From Amoebidium appalachense (Eukaryota > Protista > Ichthyosporea), in contig CAVNZM010000001.1 in assembly GCA_963693365.1 (NCBI GenBank), forward strand, positions 14,928,418-14,992,417: 64,000 nt of DNA, read 5' to 3'. Position numbers and translations under genes: made by a program. The notes under the pieces were generated by a model, which was given only the letters and a program-made list of their open reading frames with translations, was not told the origin of the DNA and searched no databases. This document shows, one piece after another, positions 1 through 27,015 of the stretch (within the stretch, counting starts at the first letter, position 1; every line of letters begins with the position of its first letter).

Positions 1-161
1 CCATCCACCCACCCCTACCCCACCCCCCCCCCCCACCACCGCCACCGCCTCCACCACCAGGCTTCTACTTAAGATACGTTTTGTTTTGTGCTTCCTCTAA
101 GGAGATATGCAGTGTGCTGGTTATATCGACTTCAACTCTGTAACACATTCCCCCCCCCCCC

Positions 162-192
<31 letters not shown>

Positions 193-193
193 C

Positions 194-224
<31 letters not shown>

Positions 225-709
225 CCAATGCTTGCAAACCTTACATGTGTTTTCAGACGAGAATTTGTAGTTCGTACTCTGTGACACATCCCCCTCCCCC
301 CGCTTTCTCTGCAAAAGGACTCTACTGGTGTTATACTCTCTTGTATCTGTTTCTTTTTGTCTTGTTTGCAATTTAAATTGCGATATAGACTTTGCCAGAG
401 TGTACTTCGTACCATATGTGCCCCATGAAATCCGTTTTGATTCCTAGTTTTTGTGCTTTTTTGTTTTGGAAGTCTTTACTGTCTTTGCTTCCATTCAATG
501 CGGGTTCATTCCCCAATGCATAAATCCCCCCTCGCCCCCCCCCCCCCCCCCCCCCCTCCCCCTCCCCTCCCCCCTCCTCTTCCCTCCCCCCTCTCCCCCC
601 CCCCCCCCCCCCCCCCCCAGCGCAGTTTGTCGCCATCCGCAAGCCTATCTCATTACAACTAAAGCACTATCACACACACCCTCACACACACAGGTCCCCC
701 CCCGAGACA

Positions 710-1040
710 GTCGTATATACGCGGGCTAAGGGGTCGAAACTCAGACGCAATTGATGACTTGGGCCATCCCTGAGGATGGGCTCTGCTTATGACGCATACT
801 GTGTTGCATACTTGAATGTTTGCCTTTGCATGTGTCCTTCGTGTATGCGTACTTCGTACCGTATTCCGCATTCAACCCCCCGAGGGGAATAGGTCGAAAC
901 TCGGGTACTGTGGATGACGTGGGCCCCCCCTGAGGATGGGCTCTGCTTATTATGCATACTCTTTATGTATGGCTTGCATTCTGCATCGTGTTATCCGTTT
1001 GTTCTTGTGTACTTCGTACTTTTTGACGCATTCAAACCCC
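710..1040 (+). mobile_element. two adjacent 5'-truncated copies of the 452-nt repeat family (710-880 main type; 892-1040 diverged type B)
   Basis: Shares GTCGTATATACGCGGGCTAAGGGGTCGAAACTCAGACGCAATTGATGACTTGGGCC...CCGCATTCAA-Cn with 45209-45660. The second copy keeps GGTCGAAACTC, CCTGAGGATGGGCTCTGCTTAT and GTACTTCGTAC...GCATTCAAA-Cn. Confidence 0.85.
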
Positions 1041-1326
1041 CCCCCCCCCCCCCCCGAATGTTTATCGGCGGTTTATCGGTGGGTGTGGGCTTGTGATGGC
1101 TTTTAGTCGTTACGAACGATACTAACCTCCCCCCCCCCCCCCTCCCCCCTCCCCATCCTCCTCGCCCCCACGCGCTCTGGGCTGTGCACCACGGATACTC
1201 TCATGTCTGCCCGACTCTTGGACAGAGACATAAGTACACATCTGCACACAGACACACACACCAGCACACCAGCACACACACACACACCACACACACGCGC
1301 ACATTACGCACACACACACACACACA

Positions 1327-1358
<32 letters not shown>

Positions 1359-1359
1359 G

Positions 1360-1536
1360 CTGTTCGGAAACAACCGCCCCCCTGCCGAGGCCGAGTACAT
1401 GCGTGTTACGTTTGAGGGGAAGGTGGTGAATGATGTGAACGTTGTGAAAATGAGTTCAAAGTTGGACGGTCAGATATACAGGAATAAGCCTGTAGCCCTA
1501 GCTGTACGTTCCTCCAGAAAACCCCCCTCCTTCTCC

Positions 1537-1567
<31 letters not shown>

Positions 1568-1768
1568 ACACACACCTCCACCACCCACCACCACCACCAC
1601 ACACACATTACACACACACACACACACACACACACCCTCGCGCACCCAAACACATGCACAACACACACACACACACATGCGTACACAGACACACGTCCAC
1701 ACAGAGGCACACATGCACTCGCACGAAACTGTAGACACACACACACGTATACACACACACAAGCGCAT

Positions 1769-1804
<36 letters not shown>

Positions 1805-2026
1805 GGGAGGGTGGGAGGGTGGGAGGGTGGGAGGGAGGGAGGGAGGGAGGGAGGGGAGAGGGAGAGGGAGGGAGAGGGGAAGAGAGGGAGAGAGAGAGAG
1901 AGAGAGGCGAGGGACAGTGAGTGAGTGAGAGAGTTTGCATGTGATTAGAAAGACACCTCTCGGGTGGTTGGCTAGTGTAAAAAGCCGAATAGTCCACATG
2001 AAGAGAGAGAGAGAGAGAGGGGGGGG

Positions 2027-2059
<33 letters not shown>

Positions 2060-2576
2060 GGGGGGGGGGGGGAGGGGGGAGGGGGGGGGGAGGGTCTATT
2101 GACTTAAAAAAAAAAAATAAAAAAAAAAAAATGAAGACAAAGGTTGGATGTTGATCACCGCCGGCAAAGCGATTGGCTTATCAACAAAGCATCGGTGGTT
2201 TAGTGGTATAATTCTCGCCTGCCACGCGGGAGACCCGGGTTCGATTCCCGGCCGATGCATTTCTTTTTCCCTTATTTACCATCCCATTCTCAGTGCTTTT
2301 TTCTTCTCTTTGACTGTAACATTTGACGTCGACACAGCAAAACAACACTAATAACTCGATTTTCTATTTGATTTTCCGCAGTACAACTCCAAGATGCAGC
2401 AGTTCCTGTTCATGCACATGGGCATCGGCCAGCCTGCCGACGTCTACAACGTGACTCTGGACGTTGACTATGTTGGGGTGATGGGCACCAGGCGCAGAAA
2501 GCGCAACATTGACACCTCACTGGTGGAGGAGAATGATGATGATAACGTGAAGGATGAACAGAGGGCTGCGTTTTAG
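1360..2576 (+). CDS. 3' part (last two exons, 1360-1422 and 2382-2576) of an unidentified protein; upstream exons not resolved
   Basis: CAG|1360 LFGNNRPPAEAEYMRVTFEGK|GT joins in phase 0 to ttccgcAG|2382 YNSKMQQFLFMHMGIGQPADVYNVTLDVDYVGVMGTRRRKRNIDTSLVEENDDDNVKDEQRAAF*. Non-repetitive, coding-like sequence amid microsatellites. The donor (GTGGTG) is weak and no family is recognised. Confidence 0.6.
2189..2259 (+). tRNA. tRNA-Gly-GCC: tRNA-Gly (anticodon GCC), intronless
   Basis: GCATCGG...CCGATGC-A acceptor stem, A box TGGTTTAGTGG, anticodon arm CTCGC-CTGCCAC-GCGGG (GCC at 2221-2223), T arm CCGGG-TTCGATT-CCCGG, followed by a T-rich Pol III terminator (tttctttttcc). Confidence 0.97.
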
Positions 2577-4032
2577 GCGGTTGAAGTACTTGTGTGGTTG
2601 GGTTCTTTCCTAATTTTACGGAGTAAACTTTAATGATTTTACATGGATTGATGCTTATGTGTGCACGTGAGGTTAATATTTGGAATTTGTGGGTGGGTTA
2701 AATGCTATGATGGATATATATGGTCAGCCTCCTGTGTCGTCACGGGACATCTATGCATGGCGATTTGTGTACCCAGTGCGCATATGCATGGCTGTGGAGA
2801 AGAATGGTATTGCGATTATTGAAGATATCGATCAGAGTCACCGATTCTAAGGCTTGTGACATTTGGGCATAGGTGGGTTCGACGTTTACAGGCCTTTTTG
2901 TCTTTCTTTTTTCTTTTTCCTTTCTTTCCTTCCTTCCTTCTTTTTTTTTTTTTTGACCCTCCTCCAAACATCTGGGCCATCATGATCAACACTGTTTTCT
3001 TTTCAATATAACGATTGAATTGTGTCGCGGTCATTTTCGATGATCTTTCTAACACTTTCGTGATAAATAAAGCATGCACTTGGCGCTGCCTCATAGTGAC
3101 ATACACCTCGGCCATAGTGATAGACACGTTGCACAATGCACAACTCCAGTCTTTCAGAAATACGATGAAAGGCAAAAAAGCATCTATATATATCATCACA
3201 ATCAGTGACACCCAAAATGATATCCAACCTGCAAAATACATACGTCTCTCCCGTCTATAGATTTGCATTTATAGTAGAATCGTTGCTTTGGAGACCCGAA
3301 AGTTTTGTGTATGTGAAACATTATAACGGTATCTCTCCTTTCTTTTCTTATTTTCCTCTTTGCTTTCTTTCCAAAAAAAATTACCGAGACTGAATAAGTT
3401 TTGGGTTCCGAGCTGGATGAACAATATTTCTGATGTGTGTGTCTTCAGCAATGAAATAAAAAGAGAAGAAAACGTATATCATCTTAAGACCTCTAATGGT
3501 GTATGGTTCATGTATCGCACACTGTCAAACTATGTTGATGAGTTGCACTTCGGTGAGCATACCAGCAACCGCAATTAACATTCTGTGCATCATATCCATG
3601 CGATCAAGAGCCAACCTTCAAATGGAAGACGGAGATTTAAGTCAGTATTACTCGGCGACATTTGTTATTTCCAGCGAAGGCACCAGTCCTCCCTCCAACA
3701 TGCTCACGCGCACACACGATTAGTACATAGGTGTGACCCCTATCCATCCACAGATCATCCAAAGTTAAACAAAACAAAAAAAGGAAGAGGCATCGGAACA
3801 TCGAATCTCCTACAATTACCAAAAACCGGGCCGGAAGGCATATCCTGGACCATCCACCCTGCTCCAACATGGCCAAATCATTCAGTTAGAGAGACAAACG
3901 AACGTCAGAGAAGAAGGAAAGCATCATAATCATAACTCCAAAAGAAAAAAGAAAAAAGAAGGAATGAAAATTTTGACGATAGAAAGGATACACAAAGCAC
4001 AATAAGGCAAATGCGCACAAACACACCAGCAC

Positions 4033-7091
<3,059 letters not shown>

Positions 7092-7172
7092 CGTGACGTT
7101 TTCCCTTTCTGTCTCTCTGCACAGGCGTGGGGTGTGTGAATTCATAAACAAGCACATGGGGTGAGGTGTGGG

Positions 7173-7679
7173 AATTCACCGATCTCAGATCTAAATGGGC
7201 AAAAAGTGGAGCCTAATACTAATCTACAGCCTCTCAAAGCCAGTTTATGTTCGATTTCACTTAGAAAAGAAGTTTTCACACTCTAAGTAAAGTTGTAGGA
7301 AATAAAGTTGTAGGAAATAAAAAGACGCGCCAAGTTGATATAGGCGGTCTGGGGTGTCCGACGCCGCCTTTACCTTCAAAATCAGCTAAACCTAGCTAAA
7401 ACCGCCCCCCGGCTGGGGCCAACCTAACCTCCGGCTGACTGACGGCGGGAATGATCGCATATAGCAAGACACGTGTTTTTGTCTGTTTTGACCTGAAAAT
7501 GAGCCCAAGCATCCGATGTTGCTTATATAAATAATGTGTGTCACTCAATTTGCTAAATTATTCATTAAGCGACCAAAGCATGATGAAGGTGAATACGGAT
7601 TTGGACTATGACCGGCATAAGATGGCTAGGCCCCACTTTTGAGCCGCCAATTTCCATTAGAGATCTGAACCGGCGAGTT
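7173..7679. mobile_element. MITE-like element with imperfect terminal inverted repeats (~45-55 bp)
   Basis: Left AATTCACCGATCTCAGATCTAAATGG..AAAAGTGGAGCCTA matches the reverse complement of the right end, AACTCGCCGGTTCAGATCTCTAATGG..AAAAGTGGGGCCTA. The interior is free of microsatellites and has no long ORF. No flush TSD seen. Confidence 0.6.
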
Positions 7680-8607
7680 ATTAGGCAAGAACAAGCACAT
7701 GCACAAGCACGGCATAGATCCCATTCAAACTTGCCCACACAAACACCCAGGTACCCATGATCAGAGTTGTTAGCACTGTGCCATGCTCAACCCACACGTA
7801 CACACCACCAAGCAAAAAAAACAGGAAAGACCCCCCCCCCCCCCTTCTCCTTTGGCATGCAGGTGGCCGTACCACGTTGGTGGGCAAACTTGAAATGCAC
7901 GATAAAGCTACAGACGTGTATGGCCAAAAAGTTAAAGGGGTCAAACTGCCATATCTCGAGTTAATATCAGTGCCTAGTGCAGGCACATACAATCATGTCA
8001 CAAGGTGTGTTCTACACCTCTCCCTTTCCCTCTCTCCTTCCCTCCCTTCCTCCGTCTCTCCCTCATCCTCTCTCTCTCCCCCCTCCCTCTCCCTCCCCCC
8101 TCTCTCTCTCTCTCTCCTCTCCCTCTCTCCCCTCCCTCCCTCCCTCACACACACACAATCAAGTCACAAGGTGTGTTCTATGTCTCTCCCTCTCTCTCTC
8201 CCTCCATCCTTTTCTCTCCCTCCCTCCCTCCCTCTTTCTCCCTCCCTCCCTCCCCCCTCTCTCTCTCCCTCTCCCTTTCCCTCCCTCTCCGTCTCTCCCT
8301 CCCTCACACACACGCACACATATCAAAAATCTCTCTCTTCCCCTTCCCTTTCTCTCAATCTCTCTGCCCAGGGTCCTCTTTCAGCATCATTCTAACCTGA
8401 ACAGTGGCCCCCCTGTCCCCCTCCCCATCACCACCACCACCACCGTTAACCACACACACACAATCACCGCTTCCACTCGTCGACTTTCTCTCCCCCTCCG
8501 TTTCTCTCCCTCTCTCCTCTCTCCCTCCTCCCCCCCTGACCTCGACAATCTTCCTGCCTCAGTATACCCGTCCAATTTTCCACTCTCACGTGAGCAGAAC
8601 CCCCCAA

Positions 8608-8640
<33 letters not shown>

Positions 8641-8695
8641 CACGCACGCACGCACACGCACAGGCACACGCACACGCACACGCACACGCACACGC

Positions 8696-8757
<62 letters not shown>

Positions 8758-9574
8758 CAAGGATTACACCGTTGGGGGAGAAGGTATGGGTCACGCCTAC
8801 CTTTTTGCAAGTGGCTCAAAGCCGGTGTTGTAGGAGTCTGACTCGATCCTAAAACACCAGGGACTGACTAAAGAAGAAGTAAGCCCGCCACTGTGGGTAC
8901 TCTGCAGGATATGTCCACTTGAAAACCAACCCCGATGGAAGGAATGCGGGAATTGGCCGCTCAATGCTTGCTGCCGTTCAAAAATCTTGAAGGGAAATAC
9001 CAGTCTTAGGCTAGCCGTGTGTGCATATCGCAAACCTGTGTACTCTGTGTTCGTGTGCACCGTGCAGTCTTTCTCCGTGTCTCTCTCTCAGGTTCTCGGC
9101 TCCCTCCCTCTGTCAGTCTGTGTGTTGTCACTGTCACCGTGCGCTACTCGGTGTGACTGCAGTCGTGAGCCGCGAACGGGTCACAGAGAACTCGGTCATT
9201 GGCCCGATTCGGAAAAGATATTCGGAGCACATGTACAGTCACTGAAATACGCTTCTGAAAGACGTTGAAAGAGGGGCTTTAAATGATTTTACAGGGGTTT
9301 AAAACTGGTAAACGTTGTTTAGTCGAATTTACATAAAATATTTTGGAGATTTTGCAGAAGCGCTTTGCAGCGCGAAAACTCTCAGGGAAACCCGCCGGCT
9401 GTTTCGGCTGGCTGTGCGGGCATGAACTTTCAAGTTTGATGTTTGAAGACTTTTTACGTTTTCATACAGGCACGAGTTGAGGGTTTTTTTTATAATAGGG
9501 CATAAGTTTTAGTTTTCTGGTTGGGGGGAAAAAAGGACGGGCAGGTTCCGCTGGAAGCCAGCGGAAACAACAGC

Positions 9575-20952
<11,378 letters not shown>

Positions 20953-21574
20953 AAATGTAGTTATGTTTGCTGTTCGTGAAAAGGTGTGCACGTGGTGGTT
21001 GGCTGTGTGATGGCTGCATGTAGGGGCACACGGTTTGTGTGTGTGGGTATGGGTGTGTGTCTGTGCGTGTCTGTGTCTGTGTATTTTGATACTTGGTTGC
21101 ATGAAGATGTGGCAGGCCCTAGTTCAATGCACCACCCATTCACATTGTACCGGCACATGTAGGTGAACCGAGGGAGGACAATACTGACAGTACATTTATG
21201 CCTTATAATTACATGTTTTCACGTTACAAAAACACACACTTTCATGTGCACCCACCCACACCTCTTGCCCATACGCATAGCCTCGGTGCTCGTAGCCTAT
21301 ACATATAACTACACCTCTTAAAGTTTGCCAAATTTCTGTGGCGATGTATCTCTGCTCGGTGACTCGGATGCATGTTTTAAATTTGGTGTCGAAATTTCAC
21401 GAGGTATCCTTATGATGTGACTGAGACTGTGCACCATGTGGCCTCCAACATGAAACATGTGAGAGCGGTGGAAATGAAGATTCTCTGACAGACCTGTGTC
21501 AATTTAAACTGGTCAGACAATGACCCCCAAGTTGAAGTTGTATACAGCACATACCCATTCATATGTATCCGAGT

Positions 21575-21614
<40 letters not shown>

Positions 21615-21631
21615 CCCGTGGGACGGCGTGG

Positions 21632-21800
21632 GTGCTTCGTACTGTGCTCCGCATCTCAACCCACCAATCCTCTTTCAGAGGTAACCTTTTTCAGGACATA
21701 AGTACACTGGGACTATTCGTAAGTGTATTCCATTGCTTAGCCTATCTATTCGTACATCTGCATGCAGTGAAAAACTCAGAATGTAAGAAGTTGCATATTA
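21632..21800 (+). mobile_element. old diverged fragment of the 452-nt repeat spanning the monomer junction
   Basis: CTTCGTACTGTGCTCCGCATCTCAACCCACC..CTTTCAGAGGTAACCTTTTTCAGGACA resembles CTTCGTACTGTGTTCCGCATTCAAACCCCCCC..CTTTCAGAGGTGTCCTTTCAGGACA. Confidence 0.6.
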
Positions 21801-21905
21801 TCATAATGGTCAGAGCAAGCATGCTCAGGTGCAGGGATTATATCCTACACTCGTATGCAAATGGAAGTTCACCTGCGTGCATATGCATGTGACACTGTTC
21901 CATAT

Positions 21906-21955
<50 letters not shown>

Positions 21956-22527
21956 AAAAAAAAAAAAAAAAAAGGAAAAAAGGAAGAAAAAAAACCCTCT
22001 TACTCTGCACACGTGCTGTGCACATCTGACGTGTGTGCACGAACGTGGCATTCACACTCAGTAGAATTACTGTCTTTATTGCTCCGAGGCCTCCCTCGGT
22101 TGTATGACAATTCATACTTTAACATAGCAAAATTACAATGCTGCTGTTCATCACGGTGTTACTAGGTACTGTACTTTTACATAGCAAAAGTGGGGGGGTG
22201 GTAGAAGCTGTCTCAGGAGATGTTTGACGAGTGTGGACGTGTTTTGGGGTAATAATAGTGGCTTAATATTAGTGCCTGGCACACCAATTGGCAACAGCAC
22301 CAATCTGTATCCACTGTGACCCGCACATGTATACACGCAAATAAATACGTATTTCACACTGCCCAATGCATCAATATCAACCGACGTCCTCAAATGCTCA
22401 CATGCTCACATCCCCCATCCTCCCATATTCCCCTTCGAATCCTAGCTCATGTGACAGTCCTTCCATAATGAATAATTGCCCCTAACTCCAGGGCCTCCGA
22501 GCTGGCCCCCCCTCCCCCCCTCCCCCC

Positions 22528-22569
<42 letters not shown>

Positions 22570-22631
22570 CCCCTCCCCCCCCATCCGGATCCCCATCCCC
22601 ACCCCTCTCATTTAGTAACCGGGCCATAGTA

Positions 22632-22679
<48 letters not shown>

Positions 22680-23063
22680 TGGCCTAGTCTGCTTGGGTAC
22701 ACATGGACACAGACCGCGGGCCAGAACCATGTGTGCTGACTACAGCGCCACTGAGCGGTACACGTTTCTTTTCTTCTTCTTCTTTTCTGTTTTCCCCTTT
22801 GTCCCGTTTGGTCGCCTGGGAGCCCCCATAAAGTTATGAATCCCTCATACTGTCCTGGAACGGGCCGTTTTCAATTGCAACCTGAGCACAGACTGTACCC
22901 TAGTGAGGGTGCTAATCCGCAGTGGTGCATTCAGCTGCATCAGCTAACACACCGTGATCAATATTTAATCAATCCGGTTCGTAGCTACTACTATTATTAT
23001 ATTTGTACTGCCCCATGCACAGTGCCACACGTAAGTCAATCCCTGGCCCGCTATAGGCCGGCC

Positions 23064-23466
23064 AACCACTCGGCAGAGTCAACTTGCTCCGAGCAGAATA
23101 ATCTGCAAAACGGTACAAAAAGCAAAATTATTCTGCAAAAGCAGAACTATTTTCAAATTGCTAAAAGCAGAAGTATTCAGCAAAAGCAGAATCAATCTGC
23201 TAAAAGCAGAATCAAAGCAGAAGTATCACTCTCGGCAGCAGAATAAACTTCATTTAGCAGAATAACTCTGCCTGTAGCAAGATAACTCTGCTTTTAGCAG
23301 AATAATTCTGCTGTTTGCAGAATAATTATGCTCTTAGCTAAATAATTCGGCTTTTGCAGAATATTTCTGCTTTTGCTGAAATTCTGCTTTTCGCAGGATA
23401 ATTCTGCTAATTCTGCTTTTCGCAGAATAATTCTGCTCGGAGCAAGTCGACTCTGCCGATATGGTT
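23064..23466. mobile_element. foldback/MITE-like non-autonomous DNA element with ~37-bp TIRs and mirrored subterminal AAAAGCAGAA arrays
   Basis: Left AACCAC-TCGGCAGAGTCAACTTGCTCCGAGCAGAAT versus reverse complement of right AACCATATCGGCAGAGTCGACTTGCTCCGAGCAGAAT. The left arm is rich in (A)AAAGCAGAA and the right arm in TTCTGCTTTT. No ORF of note and no clear TSD. Confidence 0.85.
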
Positions 23467-24502
23467 AGGCTCTCGCATAGTACGGTGGCATCCAAACTTA
23501 CTGCAAACAACACCTTAATTAAAAAACAGATGCATTAATTATAGTAAGGCTAACCCTACCCTAACGTGTTATGGTCACCCGCAAGCGCATATATTCATGC
23601 ATATGCGCGGAACCCCTAGGCTTGACCACACAACCTACACCATGTAATTACTGTAACTGCACAGCTACACGGCGTGGCAATGGTATGAAACTACGTTGTG
23701 GTGGGATAAAGCAGCTACTTGAGGCATAGATTTCTTACAGTGCAATTTATTTATATTCATAGGCCGAATGGCACTGTGTTGGTCCATTATTTTGTCAATG
23801 AACAACGGTTAGATTTGACGGTAATTCTAAGCACCATCGTGACGCTGCCGCGTCCGTCATATTTATATAACAATGGGGTTCATTGCAGTGCAACCTATAA
23901 CAACAAATTACAATGAGAAGGACACTAGTGAAGGCCTGAGCAACCAACACAACCAAATTTAGGTACCCTTTCGCTAATTAATGCGGCCTTTTCAGAACTA
24001 CAAAGTTACTTAAGCAAAATGAAGTCGAGTTATCTGACACGCTGACCTTGTAGAAATAAAGCGATACTATTACCGTAACTCACTATTAATGTCCAGCTAA
24101 GCCCACGTACAAACTGCTACTAGGGAAATCAAAAAATGAAGAATAAATGTATTGGTTTATATGACAATTGAAGCATATGAATTCATTAACAAGGATCTAG
24201 TACTGTGAGACTGTGTCGGTGGTGCTTTTCTTTCTTTTTTTTAGTGTGCGTGTGGTATACATGTTCATGCCATAATGTAAGGAATTTACCATGAGAACAA
24301 CCGGAATTCACATTACATAGATATCGAAACCTTTTAACCCTACAGCTGCAGTAACCATAATCTGCACTCCCCGCTGTTAAAGTAGCAAGGCCATGCATGG
24401 GGTTATCTCAACATATTTCCAATTTCAAGTCAGGTTTGTATATATTGCAGCCAACAGGAAAAAGGCACACAGATAACGTTTTACCTTTTTACCCTTTAGC
24501 CA

Positions 24503-26974
24503 CTACACCTGGCAGCTATACTGTTCGATTGCTTTCTGCTTCTGCATATCCAACAAATTAAAATTTGCGCTCCCGCTATCACCACTGCCCACCGCCTCCC
24601 CAGGGACAAACGTCCGGTGCCCATCGTGCCCGAGCGATTGCAATTCGACCAACTGCCAGTGATTCCGTTCCTGTTGCCGCCTTCTCTGGTACTTATAAAC
24701 CCCCCCTACACCGACCAATAGGACAATACCTCCCACAATAGACCCCACAACCACGGCCGCTGTATTTGACGAAGATTCCACGGCCATGTGGCTCCCGGGA
24801 GGCGCGTTAGGGGAAAGAATAGCGTTTGCCGTTGCCACAACTTTGCTCGTGGGGGTTCCGGTCGCCATTGCAGTCGCGCCGCCGGCAGCGGCGGTGGTCG
24901 CGGGGGGGACAAACGCGGGGCCCATACCAATTTTCATGGTGAAATTCGTGTAGAGGACATAGGGACCATGCTTGTGTCTGGAGGACCGGCTAACGCGACG
25001 GAGGTTCCTGTCGTGAAGCTCCTCGTCCTTGTTTTGCTGTTGGTAGGCCAAAATTACCGAAAATTGGAGGGTGATTTCCGTGTCCTTTTCCGGATTCGGG
25101 CAGGCGATCTCCGGTAGGAGTTGAAGCTCCACCGCGATTTCTTGTGGGCTCGCATCCCCCCTAAACTTCTGCGTGTAGACCGGCGACCCGCTCTTAAACT
25201 TGTCGGCCAAGATGTTCCATGATTGGTTGTTTCTACAAGCGCCCACGTCACTCCCCGTCCTTATCACCTCGATCAACGTCCCGTCCACGACCGTGATATC
25301 GGTCGCGGTGGTGTTTGGAAGCACCACGATCGACCAATAGGAGTTGTTTCCGACCGAATAAATGAAGTCGGCCGATTGGTTCGTCGAATAGGTGGAATCC
25401 GTCCTGGGAACCGCCTCGATGTAGAACCGCCTTTCATGTTCCACAATCTGCTGCAAACACATTTCAGGGCCGTACAGGTTCATAGCGAGGTGAAAAGTCG
25501 TGGGGGCGTTGGCCGGGCACGACGCTCCGGTGCACACGACCGGAATGTTAAGGAACGTGTACGTTCCCGAGACGTCGCAGCCCATCAGTTCAACCATAAT
25601 CCCCTGCGTGCACGTCGCGTTGGTCGAAGAATTCGTCGCGTTTCCGCAGTTATCGCTTTTCACTCGCCACTTGCTCGCAACCACCGTTCGTGATCCAATA
25701 TTGGACATGTTAACGGAACCTCGGGCGTCCTCCTTAATGGTGTAGCCGTTAGGGAGGGTGATGTTAATGAGGAAAACGGACGTTTCGTTGATGGGCCGGT
25801 TCGGGTCGTGGAGTTCGAAATAGGTCATTGCTGAAACCGAATCGGGGAAGGTGCTGTGGGTGATAACGAATAGACTTTGAGGGATGTCCAGCTGCATGGT
25901 CACGTTGAATGATTGGTTGGAGGTCACGGGCTTCGCGTTGCCGCCTAGCGTGTGGTCCGCATAGGTCATCTGTGGGAAGCAGGGAAATCGGGTTGAGTCG
26001 GATGTCGTACCCAAGAAAAGTGATGCAATGCAGCAGCAAAAAGGAACAGAAAAAGGTTACATGTACATACATAGCATAGAAGGCCGTGCTTCCGTGGGTG
26101 TGTATGTGTGGGTGTGTGGATACGGAGCACAACGTAGTGTGTGCATGGGCGTGGATGTTTCTGCCTCTCCCTCCGCTCCCCCCTCCCCCCCTCCCCCCCC
26201 GGCCCCCCCCCAACCCCCTTTCCAGACCCTCCCCCCCCCCCCCCCCCCCCCTCTCCCCTTTCCCCCTCCTTCTCGCTCGCTCCCTCTGTGTGTTGTGTGT
26301 GGGCTAGCATGGCTGGATGGAGTATCAAGGCGGCTCACAGCACTAAGCACGAGTCAATCGGCACAACCCAAGAAGCCTAAACATAAGACCACAAAGGATA
26401 GGGCAAGTAAACACGGGGCTCATCGTGATAGGAAAGAGGATGGAGAGGAAGAGGGAGGAGGAGGAGGAGAAAGAGGGGGAGGGGGGAGGGGATGGTGGTT
26501 GTGGTGGTGGTGGTGGTTGTGTGTGTGTGTGTGGTGGGGGGGGGGGGGGGGAGGGGGGGGGATCAGGTGAAGATGGCAGGAAGGACGAGGCTTGTTTTAG
26601 GCTACGAATAAACACAGAGAAGCAGGGGTTAGGGAGCCGTTCCCCTCGTTTTGGGGTTTTCCAACAAATGGTGCTTTCGTTGTCCCGGGGTTTAGTTTTT
26701 TTGAGAACATGCATCACTGTGTGTGTTGGCTCGCAGCACAACCATACCTTGAAAAATATATTGTACAAAAAACAACAAAGAAACAGCCATTTCATCCCCT
26801 CTCCATTACCCCACCATACACACATGCCCACATCCACCCACCCACACCGTCTTCGTACACAACCAACACTTTGCCACCGAGGCCCCCCCCCCTCTCCCCC
26901 CCCCCCCCCCCCCCCCAACCCACCCACCCAGACACACACACACACAGGGAAAAAAAAAAAAATAGAATAAAAGA

Positions 26975-27015
<41 letters not shown>

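Noticed and set aside
2816-3929. ORFs of 60-150 aa between the convergent gene ends
   Set aside because: No recognisable motifs or splice-consistent model; likely UTR or intergenic.
8760-9290. Complex sequence with small hairpins upstream of U2AF65, possible ncRNA
   Set aside because: No snRNA, snoRNA, SRP or RNase P/MRP signature recognised.
23550-23565. CTAACCCTACCCTAAC telomere-like remnant
   Set aside because: Under three imperfect units; compatible with chance.
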